Positions 26,912-38,330 of a DNA stretch of 64,000 nucleotides are shown here, one piece after another. Position 1 is the stretch's first letter; every line of letters begins with the position of its first letter. Source of the DNA: an uncultured delta proteobacterium (GTDB lineage Bacteria > Myxococcota_A > Polyangia > Palsa-1104); contig CAWAWS010000016.1 of assembly GCA_963785725.1 (NCBI GenBank), forward strand, positions 64,001-128,000, written 5' to 3'. A program made the position numbers and the translations under genes. Under the pieces are notes generated by a model. The model was not told the origin of the DNA and made no database searches. It worked only from the letters and a program-made list of their open reading frames with translations.

Positions 26912-28715
26912 CGATCGCCGGCTCGATCGCGGTCGCGAGCGTCAAAGGGCTCGCATTTGTAAGCGGCAGCCGCGGCGAATCGCGCAGCTCGTCGTCATCG
27001 AGCGCGAGATCGCGCAGGCGGACGCGCACGCGACGCACGCCGCGCCACACGTCGACCTCGGGCACGAACGCGGCGCGCACGCGCGAGCCGCGGCCGGGAT
27101 CGCGCTCGGCGAACCAGAAGCCGATGCCGTCGCGCGCGTGCAGGCCGTCGCGCAAGGTGACCTGCAAGTGGCGCTCGCCGACGATGCGCGCGCGCTCGAG
27201 CGTGACGCCGCGCGCCGCCAACACCGGCTCGGGGTTGCCGATGCCGAAGGGCTCGAGGCGCGCCAATTCGTCGGCCAGCAGCTCGTCGATCTCGTCGAGG
27301 CCGACTTCGGCGTCGATGCCGAGATCGGTCGTGGGCGCGCGATCGCCGAAGGCTTCGCGCGCTGATTCGCTCAGGCGCCGGCGCAGCTCGGACAGGTGGC
27401 GCGCTTCGATCGTCATGCCGGCGGCGGCGGCGTGGCCACCGTGGCGAATGAAGAGCTCGGCGCAGCTGTCGAGCGCGCGGAAGAGGTGAAAGCCGGCGAT
27501 GGTGCGCGCCGAGCCGCGGCCGATGGCGGCGTCGCCGTCGCCGTCGAGCGCGATGACGACGGCCGGGCGGGCGAAGCGATCGACCAATTTCGCGGCCACG
27601 ATGCCGACGACGCCGGCGTGCCAGCCACTCGCGGCGACGACGAGCACGCCGTCGGGCTGCGTCTCGGCTTGCGCCATCGCCTCCGCTTGCACGCGCTCCG
27701 AGACGGCGCGGCGCTCCATGTTCGCGGCTTCGCAGACGGCGGCGCGCTCGGCGGCTTGCGTGTCGTTCTCGGCGAGCAGCAGATCGAGCGACGGCTGCGC
27801 GTCGCCGAGACGGCCGGGCGCGTTCAGCCGCGGCGCCAGCTTGAGCGCGATGTCGGACGCGCGCTGCACGCCGTCGACGAGGCCGCAGCTGCGCGCCAAC
27901 GCCGCCAAGCCCGGACGCGGCGCTTGCTTGAGCCGCAACATGCCGTGGTGCACGAGGATGCGGTTCTCGTCGGTGAGCGGCGCGAGATCGGCGATGGTTC
28001 CCACCGCCACGAGATCGACCAGCGCGCGCGGGTCGGGCAGCGTCGGCCAGCCGCGCTCGCGCAGCCGCGTCCGCAACGCCGCCGCCAAGTAGAACGCTAC
28101 GCCTACGGAGGCTAGGCCTTTGAACGGGAAGCGGCAGCTCGATTGATGCGGATTGATGAGCGCCCACGCTTCCGGATCGCGATCGGGCACTTGATGATGG
28201 TCGACGACGATGACGGCGATGTTGCGAGCGCGGGCGGCGGCGAGCGCCTCGTGATCGCTCGTGCCGCAGTCGCAGGTGACGACGACCGCACAGCCGCCGT
28301 CGGCGAACCAGTCGGCGTCGATGACGCCGAAGCCGTAGCCGTGGTCGCGTTTGGCGACGCGGGCCAGCACGCGGGCGCCGGCGTCGCGTAAGAAGCCGCC
28401 GAGCAGCGCGCAGCTGGTGACACCGTCGACGTCGTAGTCGCCGAAGACGCCGATGGTCTCGCGCGCGACGACGGCGTCGGCCAGGCGGCTGACGGCGGCG
28501 GCGAAGCCGGCCATCGGCGCGTCACCGTCGGGGCGGCGGAGCTCGGCCAGCTTCGGCGACAAAAAGCGGCGCGCACGCTCCGGGTCGTCGACGCCGCGGT
28601 TGAGGAGCAGCTGCGCCGTGACCGGCGAGATCTTCAGCGCGCGCGCCAAGGCCGTGGCGCGTCCGAGGTCGCCCGGCTGCAGCACCCAGCGCGTGTCGAC
28701 CATCGATGAAGGCAT
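26904..28715 (-). CDS. recJ: Single-stranded-DNA-specific exonuclease RecJ
   Basis: GDYDVDG, DCG, VDHH, GTIAD, PRLNAPGRL, RGSAR, GGHAAAAG, LEPFGIGNPEP; exact start uncertain (28703-28727). Confidence 0.96.
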   Translation of the reverse strand: MPSSMVDTRWVLQPGDLGRATALARALKISPVTAQLLLNRGVDDPERARRFLSPKLAELRRPDGDAPMAGFAAAVSRLADAVVARETIGVFGDYDVDGVTSCALLGGFLRDAGARVLARVAKRDHGYGFGVIDADWFADGGCAVVVTCDCGTSDHEALAAARARNIAVIVVDHHQVPDRDPEAWALINPHQSSCRFPFKGLASVGVAFYLAAALRTRLRERGWPTLPDPRALVDLVAVGTIADLAPLTDENRILVHHGMLRLKQAPRPGLAALARSCGLVDGVQRASDIALKLAPRLNAPGRLGDAQPSLDLLLAENDTQAAERAAVCEAANMERRAVSERVQAEAMAQAETQPDGVLVVAASGWHAGVVGIVAAKLVDRFARPAVVIALDGDGDAAIGRGSARTIAGFHLFRALDSCAELFIRHGGHAAAAGMTIEARHLSELRRRLSESAREAFGDRAPTTDLGIDAEVGLDEIDELLADELARLEPFGIGNPEPVLAARGVTLERARIVGERHLQVTLRDGLHARDGIGFWFAERDPGRGSRVRAAFVPEVDVWRGVRRVRVRLRDLALDDDELRDSPRLPLTNASPLTLATAIEPAIDA

Positions 28716-28833
28716 GATCGGCTGCATAGCGCGCCACCAGCATCGGATGGAATCTTGTGCTTCGCAAAATTTCGGAGAATCGATCGAGGCGGCGCACCGT
28801 CGAGAACGACGATGGCGGAGAAGTCAATCTAAG

Positions 28834-30069
<1,236 letters not shown>

Positions 30070-30077
30070 GGCGGGCC

Positions 30078-31898
30078 TCAGATCGAGAGCGTCGCCGCCT
30101 GGCGACGGTTGACGAGGAAGTCGAACATCGAGCGCGACAGCCAGATCGACGTGAACAGGTTGGCGACGATGCCGATCATCAGGGTGACGGCGAAGCCGCG
30201 GATCGGGCCGGTTCCGTAGGAGTACAACACGATACCGGCGAGCAAGTTGGTGACGTGCGCGTCGAAGACGGTCCAGAAGGCGCGATTGAAGCCGGACTCG
30301 ACGGCGCCGCGCGCCGACTTGCCGGCGCGAATCTCTTCGCGGATGCGCTCGTAGATGATGATGTTGGCGTCGACGGCCATACCGACCGTCAAGACGACGC
30401 CGGCGATGCCGGGCAGCGTCAAGGTCGCGCCGAGCAGCGCCAAGATCGCCAGCTGGTAGATGATGTTCATGATCATGGCGATGTCGGCGATGAAGCCGGC
30501 CATGCGGTAGTAGATGAGCATGAAGAGGATGACGACGATCGAGCCCACGGCCATCGCGAACTTGGCCTTCTCGACGGCGTCTTTGCCGAGCGTCGGGCCG
30601 ACCTGGGACTCGAACGTGCGCTTGAGCGGCGCCGGCAGCGCGCCGGTCTTCAAGACCGCGACGAGGTCCTTCGCCTCTTCCTGCAGCTGGAACGGATCGG
30701 AGTAGCCGCCCATCGTGATGCGCGCGCGGCCACCGCCGATGCGCCCTTCGATGACCGGCGCCGAGTTCACCTTCTCGTCGAGGATGATGGCCATCTTGCG
30801 ACCGATGTTGGCCGCCGTCGCCTTCTCGAACAGCTGCGCGCCCTGCTGGTCGAACTGCAGCGAGACCTCGGGACGACCGGTCTGCTGATCCCACGACACT
30901 TCGGGATCGATGATCGAGTCGCCGGTCAGATCGGCGCGGCGATGCAGGTAATACGTGCGCCAGCTCTTGTCGCCCGGCTTGCCGGCGGTGGCGTCGTCGT
31001 CCTCTTCGCGCGTCTCTTTCTGCTCGTAGCCGATCTCGTGATCGGCGGGCATCGCGTCATCGCCGGTCAGCGACGCGAAGAAGCGCATCAGCTCGCCGCG
31101 ATCCTTGTCGCGCAGGTAGACGTCGCCGTGCGGCTGGCCCGAATCCTTCTCGCTCCACTGGTCGCTGTGGACTTCGAGGCCGGGGAACTCCGTCTTCTTG
31201 GCGGTCGCGATGCCGGCGACCTTGCGCATGAAGTCGGAGCCGTCGTCGACCATCTTGAACTCGAGCTGCGCCGTGCGGCCGATCTGCTTCTTGACGCGCT
31301 CGAAGTCCTCGGGACGCAGGCCGGGCAGCTCGACGACGATGTCGGAGCCCTTGCGCGTGATGCTCGGCTCGGAGACGGCCATCGTGTCGACGCGGTTGCG
31401 GATGGTCTCGACGCCCTGGCGCACGGCGGAGTCGCGCTGCTCGTCGATGTAGTCCTGATCCATGCGCAGCTTGACTTCGCCGGCGGCGGCGTCGCGGGAG
31501 TCTTCGTAGAGCTCCTTGCGATAGTCCTTCAGGAACTCGCGATCGAGCTTCTTGGCGTCGTCGTGGTTCTTGAACTTGAGGACGATGACGTCGTTGCCGA
31601 CGCGGTCCGACGAGACGTCCTTGACCTTCTTGTCGCGCTGGAGGCGCTCCTCGATGTCGGACGCCAAGCGGTCGGCGCGGTCGCTGACGGCCTTGTCGAC
31701 CTGGACTTCGTAGACCAGGTGCAAGCCGCCCTGAAGGTCGAGGCCGAGCATGATCCGTTTCTGGATGTGCTTCTTCATCCAGCCGGGGATCTGATCGTCC
31801 TTGCCATACCAGGTGGCCACGGTCGGCGTGAGCACGACGACGGCGGCGACAGTGAGAAGCAGATACGTGATGACGCGATAGACCCAGGAACGGTCCAT
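30078..31898 (-). CDS. secD: Protein translocase subunit SecD
   Basis: LGLDLQGG, IRNRVD, VELPG, GALPAP, GMAVDANIIIYERIREE. Confidence 0.97.
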   Translation of the reverse strand: MDRSWVYRVITYLLLTVAAVVVLTPTVATWYGKDDQIPGWMKKHIQKRIMLGLDLQGGLHLVYEVQVDKAVSDRADRLASDIEERLQRDKKVKDVSSDRVGNDVIVLKFKNHDDAKKLDREFLKDYRKELYEDSRDAAAGEVKLRMDQDYIDEQRDSAVRQGVETIRNRVDTMAVSEPSITRKGSDIVVELPGLRPEDFERVKKQIGRTAQLEFKMVDDGSDFMRKVAGIATAKKTEFPGLEVHSDQWSEKDSGQPHGDVYLRDKDRGELMRFFASLTGDDAMPADHEIGYEQKETREEDDDATAGKPGDKSWRTYYLHRRADLTGDSIIDPEVSWDQQTGRPEVSLQFDQQGAQLFEKATAANIGRKMAIILDEKVNSAPVIEGRIGGGRARITMGGYSDPFQLQEEAKDLVAVLKTGALPAPLKRTFESQVGPTLGKDAVEKAKFAMAVGSIVVILFMLIYYRMAGFIADIAMIMNIIYQLAILALLGATLTLPGIAGVVLTVGMAVDANIIIYERIREEIRAGKSARGAVESGFNRAFWTVFDAHVTNLLAGIVLYSYGTGPIRGFAVTLMIGIVANLFTSIWLSRSMFDFLVNRRQAATLSI

Positions 31899-31913
31899 GA
31901 GACCCCTTGGTGG

Positions 31914-32354
31914 TTACTTCTTCTCGGTTTCGGAAGCTGCGGCCGACTTGCCGGCGCCGGGCGCCTTGCCGGTGACGGAAGAGCGGAGGACTTTGACGCG
32001 GACTTTTTCCTGCACTTCGAGCGTGACGACGTTCTCGTCCAGGCCGGAGATGCGCCCGATGAGACCGCCCGTCGTCGCCACTTCATCGCCCTTCTTGAGC
32101 GACTTGAGCCAGCCTTCGGTCTCCTTGCGCCGCTTCTGCTCCGGGCGAATCATGATGAAGTACATCATCACGAGCAGCAGCGGGAAGAGCACCACCGGGT
32201 TGCCGAGACCGGCGCCCGACAAGAAGCCGGTCGGGCCCGATGGCGGCGCGCCCGTCGCCGAGCCCGTCGGCGCCGCCGACGGTGGAGCCCCGGCCGGCGC
32301 CGCGTTCCCCGACGGGGCAGCCGAGGGCGCCTGCCATAATAATGATTGGATCAT
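31914..32354 (-). CDS. yajC: Preprotein translocase subunit YajC (Ala/Pro-rich N-terminal extension)
   Basis: MYFIMIRPEQKR, LKKGDEVATTGGLIG. Confidence 0.93.
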   Translation of the reverse strand: MIQSLLWQAPSAAPSGNAAPAGAPPSAAPTGSATGAPPSGPTGFLSGAGLGNPVVLFPLLLVMMYFIMIRPEQKRRKETEGWLKSLKKGDEVATTGGLIGRISGLDENVVTLEVQEKVRVKVLRSSVTGKAPGAGKSAAASETEKK

Positions 32355-32362
32355 CGGCGGTG

Positions 32363-33533
<1,171 letters not shown>

Positions 33534-33561
33534 CTACGGTGTTCGCTCACATGACGCTGGC

Positions 33562-34590
33562 TCATCGGATCAACATCGCGTCGCCGTAGCTGTAGAAGCG
33601 GAAGTCGTGGGCGACGGCGTCGGCGTAGGCGGCGAGGACGCGCTCTTTGCCGGCCAGCGCCGCCACGAGCATGAGCAGCGACGATTTCGGGAGATGGAAG
33701 TTGGTCAGCATCATGTCGATCAATCGGAATTGGTAGCCGGGCTGGATGAAGATGTCGGTGACGCCGGCGCCGGCGCGCACGGTGTTGCCGTCGATGGCGG
33801 CGGCCTCGAGCGTCCGCACGACGGTCGTGCCGACGGCGACGATGGCGCGACCGTCGGCGCGGGCGCGGCCAACCGCTTCGGCCGTCGCGACGGGCACGTC
33901 GTAGCGCTCGGGATGCAGCGATTGGCCGGTCAAGTCGTCGGAGCGCAGCGGCGCGAAGGTGCCCGGGCCGACGTGCAGCGTCACGGTCGCCCGCTCGATG
34001 CCGCGCGCGTCCAAGGCGGCGATGAGCGCGGGCGTAAAGTGCAGACCGGCGGTCGGCGCGGCGACGGCGCCGGGCGTGCGCGCGAACATCGTCTGATAGC
34101 GCTCTTTGTCGGCGGCTTCGGGCGTGTCGCGCTTGATGTAGGGCGGCAACGGCACCTCGCCATGGCGATCGAGATAGCCGTCGAGATCGCCGGTGAAGCG
34201 CGCCTGCACGTAGGCGCCGTCGACGGCCAAGACCTCGACGGTCGGCGGCTGGTCACCCTCCAGCGTCAGCGGGCCCAAGCGAATCGGCTTGGACGCGCCG
34301 CCGAGACAGCGCCACACGCCCTCACCGACGGCCGGCAGCGGCTCGACGAGCAGGAGCTCGACGCGTCCGCCGGTCGCCTTGGTCGCGTGCAGCCGCGCCG
34401 GAATGACGCGCGTGTCGTTGACGACGACGAGCGCGCCTTCCGGCAACAGCGACGGCAGATCGCGCACGTGCTGGTGCGACTGGCCGCCCGCGCGATCCAA
34501 GACATAGAGCCGCGCGTCGTCGCGTTGCGCCAGTGGCGCCTGGGCGATCCGTTCGGCCGGGAGGTGAAAGTCGAAGTCCGATGCGCGCAA
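33562..34590 (-). CDS. queA: S-adenosylmethionine:tRNA ribosyltransferase-isomerase
   Basis: SDFDFHLP, NDTRVIPARL, PLPPYI, AAPTAGLHF, TNFHLPKSSL, FYSYGDAM; TTG start. Confidence 0.97.
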   Translation of the reverse strand: MRASDFDFHLPAERIAQAPLAQRDDARLYVLDRAGGQSHQHVRDLPSLLPEGALVVVNDTRVIPARLHATKATGGRVELLLVEPLPAVGEGVWRCLGGASKPIRLGPLTLEGDQPPTVEVLAVDGAYVQARFTGDLDGYLDRHGEVPLPPYIKRDTPEAADKERYQTMFARTPGAVAAPTAGLHFTPALIAALDARGIERATVTLHVGPGTFAPLRSDDLTGQSLHPERYDVPVATAEAVGRARADGRAIVAVGTTVVRTLEAAAIDGNTVRAGAGVTDIFIQPGYQFRLIDMMLTNFHLPKSSLLMLVAALAGKERVLAAYADAVAHDFRFYSYGDAMLIR

Positions 34591-34610
34591 GCTCTAGCCC
34601 TTTTCGCGCA

Positions 34611-34622
34611 GTGCTATAACAC
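34611..34622. promoter_or_regulatory. Near-symmetric bidirectional extended -10 between queA and the HEAT-repeat gene
   Basis: GTGCTATAACAC reads TGcTATAAC on + and TGtTATAGC on -, within a 36-bp divergent gap. Confidence 0.55.
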
Positions 34623-34626
34623 GCCG

Positions 34627-37086
34627 ATGCTGCGACGCTCCATGTTGGCGCTGTTGCCCTTGCTGATGGCCGCGCAGACCGCTCCGCCGCCGCCCTGGGC
34701 CGACGCGCGCGGCGATCTCGACGGCGACGGCAAGCCCGACCGCGCCCACCTCGAACGCGACGGCACGCTCTTTGTCGACGGCAGCGATGGACGCGAGCTG
34801 GCGCACATCACCCTGCCCGATCCCAAGCGCATCGAGCGGGCGCAGGTGCGTTTCGCGACGGTCGAGGATCGCGTGGTGGTGCACGTCAAAGCCGACATCG
34901 GACGCGGCCAGGCCGACGAGGCGGTGGTCGCCGGCGGCAAGATAGTGTTTGTCGGGCGCACCGGGCCTGTCGGCGACGGCGATCGGCTGGAGCGGCTGCG
35001 CGTCGACGAAGCGGGCATCGTGCGCTATCAGACGTCGCCCGGTTTCGTGCGCTGTGACGGCGAGGATGAGCTGTTTCCCGAGCGTTGGGACTTCGCGGGC
35101 GCGCGCTTTCGGCCGGTGACGGTCGAGCCGCCGCTCGGCAAGCCGCTGCGCTCGTCGACGACGGCGCCGGACGGCGTCAAAGGGCCGCCGCTCGGGCTCT
35201 TCCGCTTCGTGGCCGCCTCGACGGACGACACGGGCGAGCGCCGCGCCGATCGGCTGGCCGCGCCGCACGAGCTCGAAGACGGCGCGCCGGCGACGCTGTG
35301 GCACGCGGGCGAGGGCGCGGCGGCGCGAGGCGCGTGGGCGACGGCGCGCGCGCAGGCCGGCGCACAAAAGATCCATGCGCTCGAGATCGTCGGTGGCAAC
35401 GCCGCGCCGCGCACGTTGACGCTGATCCTCGGCCCCGAGCAGCATTTTACGGTCGATGTCGCGGCCGGGACGCGCTGGGTGACCTTGCCGGAGACGGCGC
35501 CGACGGCGTGTCTGTCGATCGTCGTGGCCGAGCCGAACGCGCACGGAAACACGCTGGGCGAGGTGGCGATCTACACCGACATCGATGGACCGGCCGGGCT
35601 GCAGCAGCTCGTGCTCGAAGTGGCCGATGGGCGTCCCGAAGCCGACGGCGCGGCGCACTTGTTGATCGCGCGCGGACACGAAGCGGCGACGAAAGTGGCC
35701 GAAGCGCTGCCGTTGGCGCACGCTGCGGGCAAGCGTCGGCTCCTGCAGGTGTTGGCGGCGATCGCCGATCCGTCGACGGCACCGGCATTGGGGACGGCGT
35801 TGGAGACGGCGAGCGGCAACGAACGGCCGCTCGTCGTCGAGGCGCTCGGCAAGCTCGGCGACGCGGGCGTGGCACCGGCGGCGCGCGTCTTCGCCGACGA
35901 CAGTCAGACGGGCGAAGCGCGCGCCGATGCCGCGACCGTGCTCGGCTTGGCCGGCGGCGCGACGGCGTTGGCGGCGTTGACGGCGGGCGCCGGTCACGGC
36001 GACGGCGGCGTGCGCGCGGCGAGCATGCTGGCGCTGACGCGGCGATTCGCCGCCGATCCGGCCGCGATCTTGGCGGCGCTCGGCAAAGCGGCCGGCCACG
36101 ACGATGATGCGACCGGCGATTTGGCGCGCGTCATCGGGCGCGCGGCGGCCGACAAGTCGGCGGCGCGCGATGACGCGGCGGCGGCGCTCGTCGCGGCTTG
36201 GTCGGCGACGGCCCCGACGCATTTTGCCGCGCGCTTACGACTGTTGCGGGCGATGGGCGATCTCGGTCATGCAGCGGCGTTGCCGATCGCGAGCGCGGCC
36301 GCGCACGACGCCGACCCGACGCTGCGCGCCAACGCCGTGAACGCGGCCGCGCGGCTCGAGGGCGGCGCGGCGATCGCCAGAGCCGCAGTCAACGACGGCG
36401 ATCCCGGCGTGCGTAAGGCAGCGATCGTGGCGCTCGCCGGACGTGCCGATGGCGTGGCCGAAGCGGAAGCGGCGCTCGGCCGCGACGCCTGGCCGATGGT
36501 GCGTCACGCCGCCGCCGACGCGCTCGGCGCCGCGTGCGCAGCGGCGCACGGCGCGCCTTCGCCGGCGTTGACGCGCGCGGTGGTCGGCGACGGCGCCGGC
36601 AAGGCCGGGCGCGGCGCCGATCGCGCCGAAGAGGTCCGGCGCGCGGCGCTGTTCGCGCTCGGGCGCTGCGCGGCGCCGCTGCCGCTCTTGGCTTCCGTGC
36701 TCGACGCGCGCGAGCAGCCGGTCAGCGTGCGCGAGCTGGCGGCAGCGCTGGTGGCGCGTCGCGGCGGCGCGGTCGCAGCCAAGGCGCTCGCCGGCGCGCT
36801 CGACGACGCGCTCGGCGATCCCGCGGCCGACGAGCAGTCGATGGGCCTGGCGATCGCCTGCACCCACGGCCTGGCGCGCACCGGCGACACGTCGCGGCCG
36901 GTGTTGGAGGCGCTCGGCGAAGCTGCGAACGAGCCCGCGTCGGCGCCGCTGCGCGCCGCGGCCATGGAGACGATTGGCCTGCTCTGCCCCGACGGCGCCG
37001 CGGTCGCGCTCGACAAAGGCGTGAAGGACCCCGACGGCAACGTCTGCCGCGCCGCGCGTCTGGCGCGCGAGCGCTGCCACAAGTAG
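34627..37086 (+). CDS. Secreted HEAT/PBS-repeat protein with N-terminal beta-rich domains
   Basis: Signal peptide; GDLDGDGKPD; LEDGAPATLW discoidin-like motif; repeated DxDPxVRxxAxxAL units. The ORF track's start at 33382 is antisense read-through of queA. Confidence 0.75.
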   Translation: MLRRSMLALLPLLMAAQTAPPPPWADARGDLDGDGKPDRAHLERDGTLFVDGSDGRELAHITLPDPKRIERAQVRFATVEDRVVVHVKADIGRGQADEAVVAGGKIVFVGRTGPVGDGDRLERLRVDEAGIVRYQTSPGFVRCDGEDELFPERWDFAGARFRPVTVEPPLGKPLRSSTTAPDGVKGPPLGLFRFVAASTDDTGERRADRLAAPHELEDGAPATLWHAGEGAAARGAWATARAQAGAQKIHALEIVGGNAAPRTLTLILGPEQHFTVDVAAGTRWVTLPETAPTACLSIVVAEPNAHGNTLGEVAIYTDIDGPAGLQQLVLEVADGRPEADGAAHLLIARGHEAATKVAEALPLAHAAGKRRLLQVLAAIADPSTAPALGTALETASGNERPLVVEALGKLGDAGVAPAARVFADDSQTGEARADAATVLGLAGGATALAALTAGAGHGDGGVRAASMLALTRRFAADPAAILAALGKAAGHDDDATGDLARVIGRAAADKSAARDDAAAALVAAWSATAPTHFAARLRLLRAMGDLGHAAALPIASAAAHDADPTLRANAVNAAARLEGGAAIARAAVNDGDPGVRKAAIVALAGRADGVAEAEAALGRDAWPMVRHAAADALGAACAAAHGAPSPALTRAVVGDGAGKAGRGADRAEEVRRAALFALGRCAAPLPLLASVLDAREQPVSVRELAAALVARRGGAVAAKALAGALDDALGDPAADEQSMGLAIACTHGLARTGDTSRPVLEALGEAANEPASAPLRAAAMETIGLLCPDGAAVALDKGVKDPDGNVCRAARLARERCHK

Positions 37087-37130
37087 CGCAAACCGAATCG
37101 ACCGACGCGCGAACGCGGTATGCTCGCGCC

Positions 37131-38330
37131 ATGGATTTCGCGCCCTCGCCGACGCTGCAGCCGCTGCTCGAGCAGATTGAGCGCTTCATCCGCGACGAAG
37201 TCGAGCCACTCGAGCCGCGCTTCGTCGGCGGCAGCTTTCGCGCGCTCCTGCCCGAGCTGTCGCGGCTGCGGGCGCGCGTCAAGGGGCTCGGGCTGTGGCT
37301 GCCGCAGATGCCGCGCGACGTCGGTGGCCTCGGGCTGACGCTGCTCGAGCACGGGCAGGTCTCGGAGCGGCTGGGACGCTCGCCGCTCGGCCATTACGTC
37401 TTCAACTGCCAGGCGCCGGACGCGGGCAACATGGAGATCCTGCATCGTCATGGCACGCCGGCGCAGCACGAGCGCTGGCTGATGCCGCTTCTGCGCGGCG
37501 ACATTCGCAGCTGCTTCAGCATGACCGAGCCCGACATGCCGGGGTCGAATCCGACCTTGCTCGCCACGACGGCGCGTAAAGACGGCGACGACTATGTCAT
37601 CGACGGGCACAAGTGGTTCACCTCGTCGGCCGACGGCGCGGCGTTCGCCATCGTCATGGCCGTCACCGACGCCGACGCCGCGCCGCACCTGCGCGCCTCG
37701 CAGATCATCGTGCCCACCGACGCGCCCGGCTTTACGCTCGTGCGCAACATCTCGGTCATGGGCCACGCCGGCGACGACTACGCCTCGCACGCCGAAGTCC
37801 GCTATCACGGCGTGCGCGTGCCGCAGTCGAACCGGCTCGGCGGCGAAGGCGCCGGCTTCCTCATCGCGCAAGAGCGGCTCGGCCCCGGCCGCATCCACCA
37901 CTGCATGCGCTGGATCGGCATCTGCGAGCGCGCCTTTACGCTCATGTGCACGCGCGCCGCGACGCGGGAGGTCGCGCCCGGCAAAGTGCTCGGCGGCAAG
38001 CAGCTCGTGCAGGCCTGGATCGCCGAGAGCCGCGCCGAGATCGACGCCGCGCGCTTGATGGTGCTGCGCGCCGCCTGGACCATCGATCACGACGGCGTCT
38101 ACGCCGCGCGCGAGCAGGTCTCGCTCATCAAGTTCTACGTCGCCGGCGTCATGGAGCGCGTGCTCGATCGTGCGATTCAGGCGCACGGCGCGCTCGGCAT
38201 GACCGACGACACGCCGCTGGCCTGGTTCTTCCGCCAAGAGCGCGCCGCGCGCATCTACGACGGCCCCGACGAAGTGCACAAGATGGTCGTCGCCAAACGC
38301 ATTCTCAAAGGTTATGGAGTGACGTTATGA
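37131..38330 (+). CDS. Acyl-CoA dehydrogenase, ACAD10/11 / LvaC-like clade
   Basis: FNCQAPDAGNMEIL, RSCFSMTEP, GHKWFTS, AQERLGPGRIHHCMR, RIYDGPDEVH. Confidence 0.9.
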   Translation: MDFAPSPTLQPLLEQIERFIRDEVEPLEPRFVGGSFRALLPELSRLRARVKGLGLWLPQMPRDVGGLGLTLLEHGQVSERLGRSPLGHYVFNCQAPDAGNMEILHRHGTPAQHERWLMPLLRGDIRSCFSMTEPDMPGSNPTLLATTARKDGDDYVIDGHKWFTSSADGAAFAIVMAVTDADAAPHLRASQIIVPTDAPGFTLVRNISVMGHAGDDYASHAEVRYHGVRVPQSNRLGGEGAGFLIAQERLGPGRIHHCMRWIGICERAFTLMCTRAATREVAPGKVLGGKQLVQAWIAESRAEIDAARLMVLRAAWTIDHDGVYAAREQVSLIKFYVAGVMERVLDRAIQAHGALGMTDDTPLAWFFRQERAARIYDGPDEVHKMVVAKRILKGYGVTL

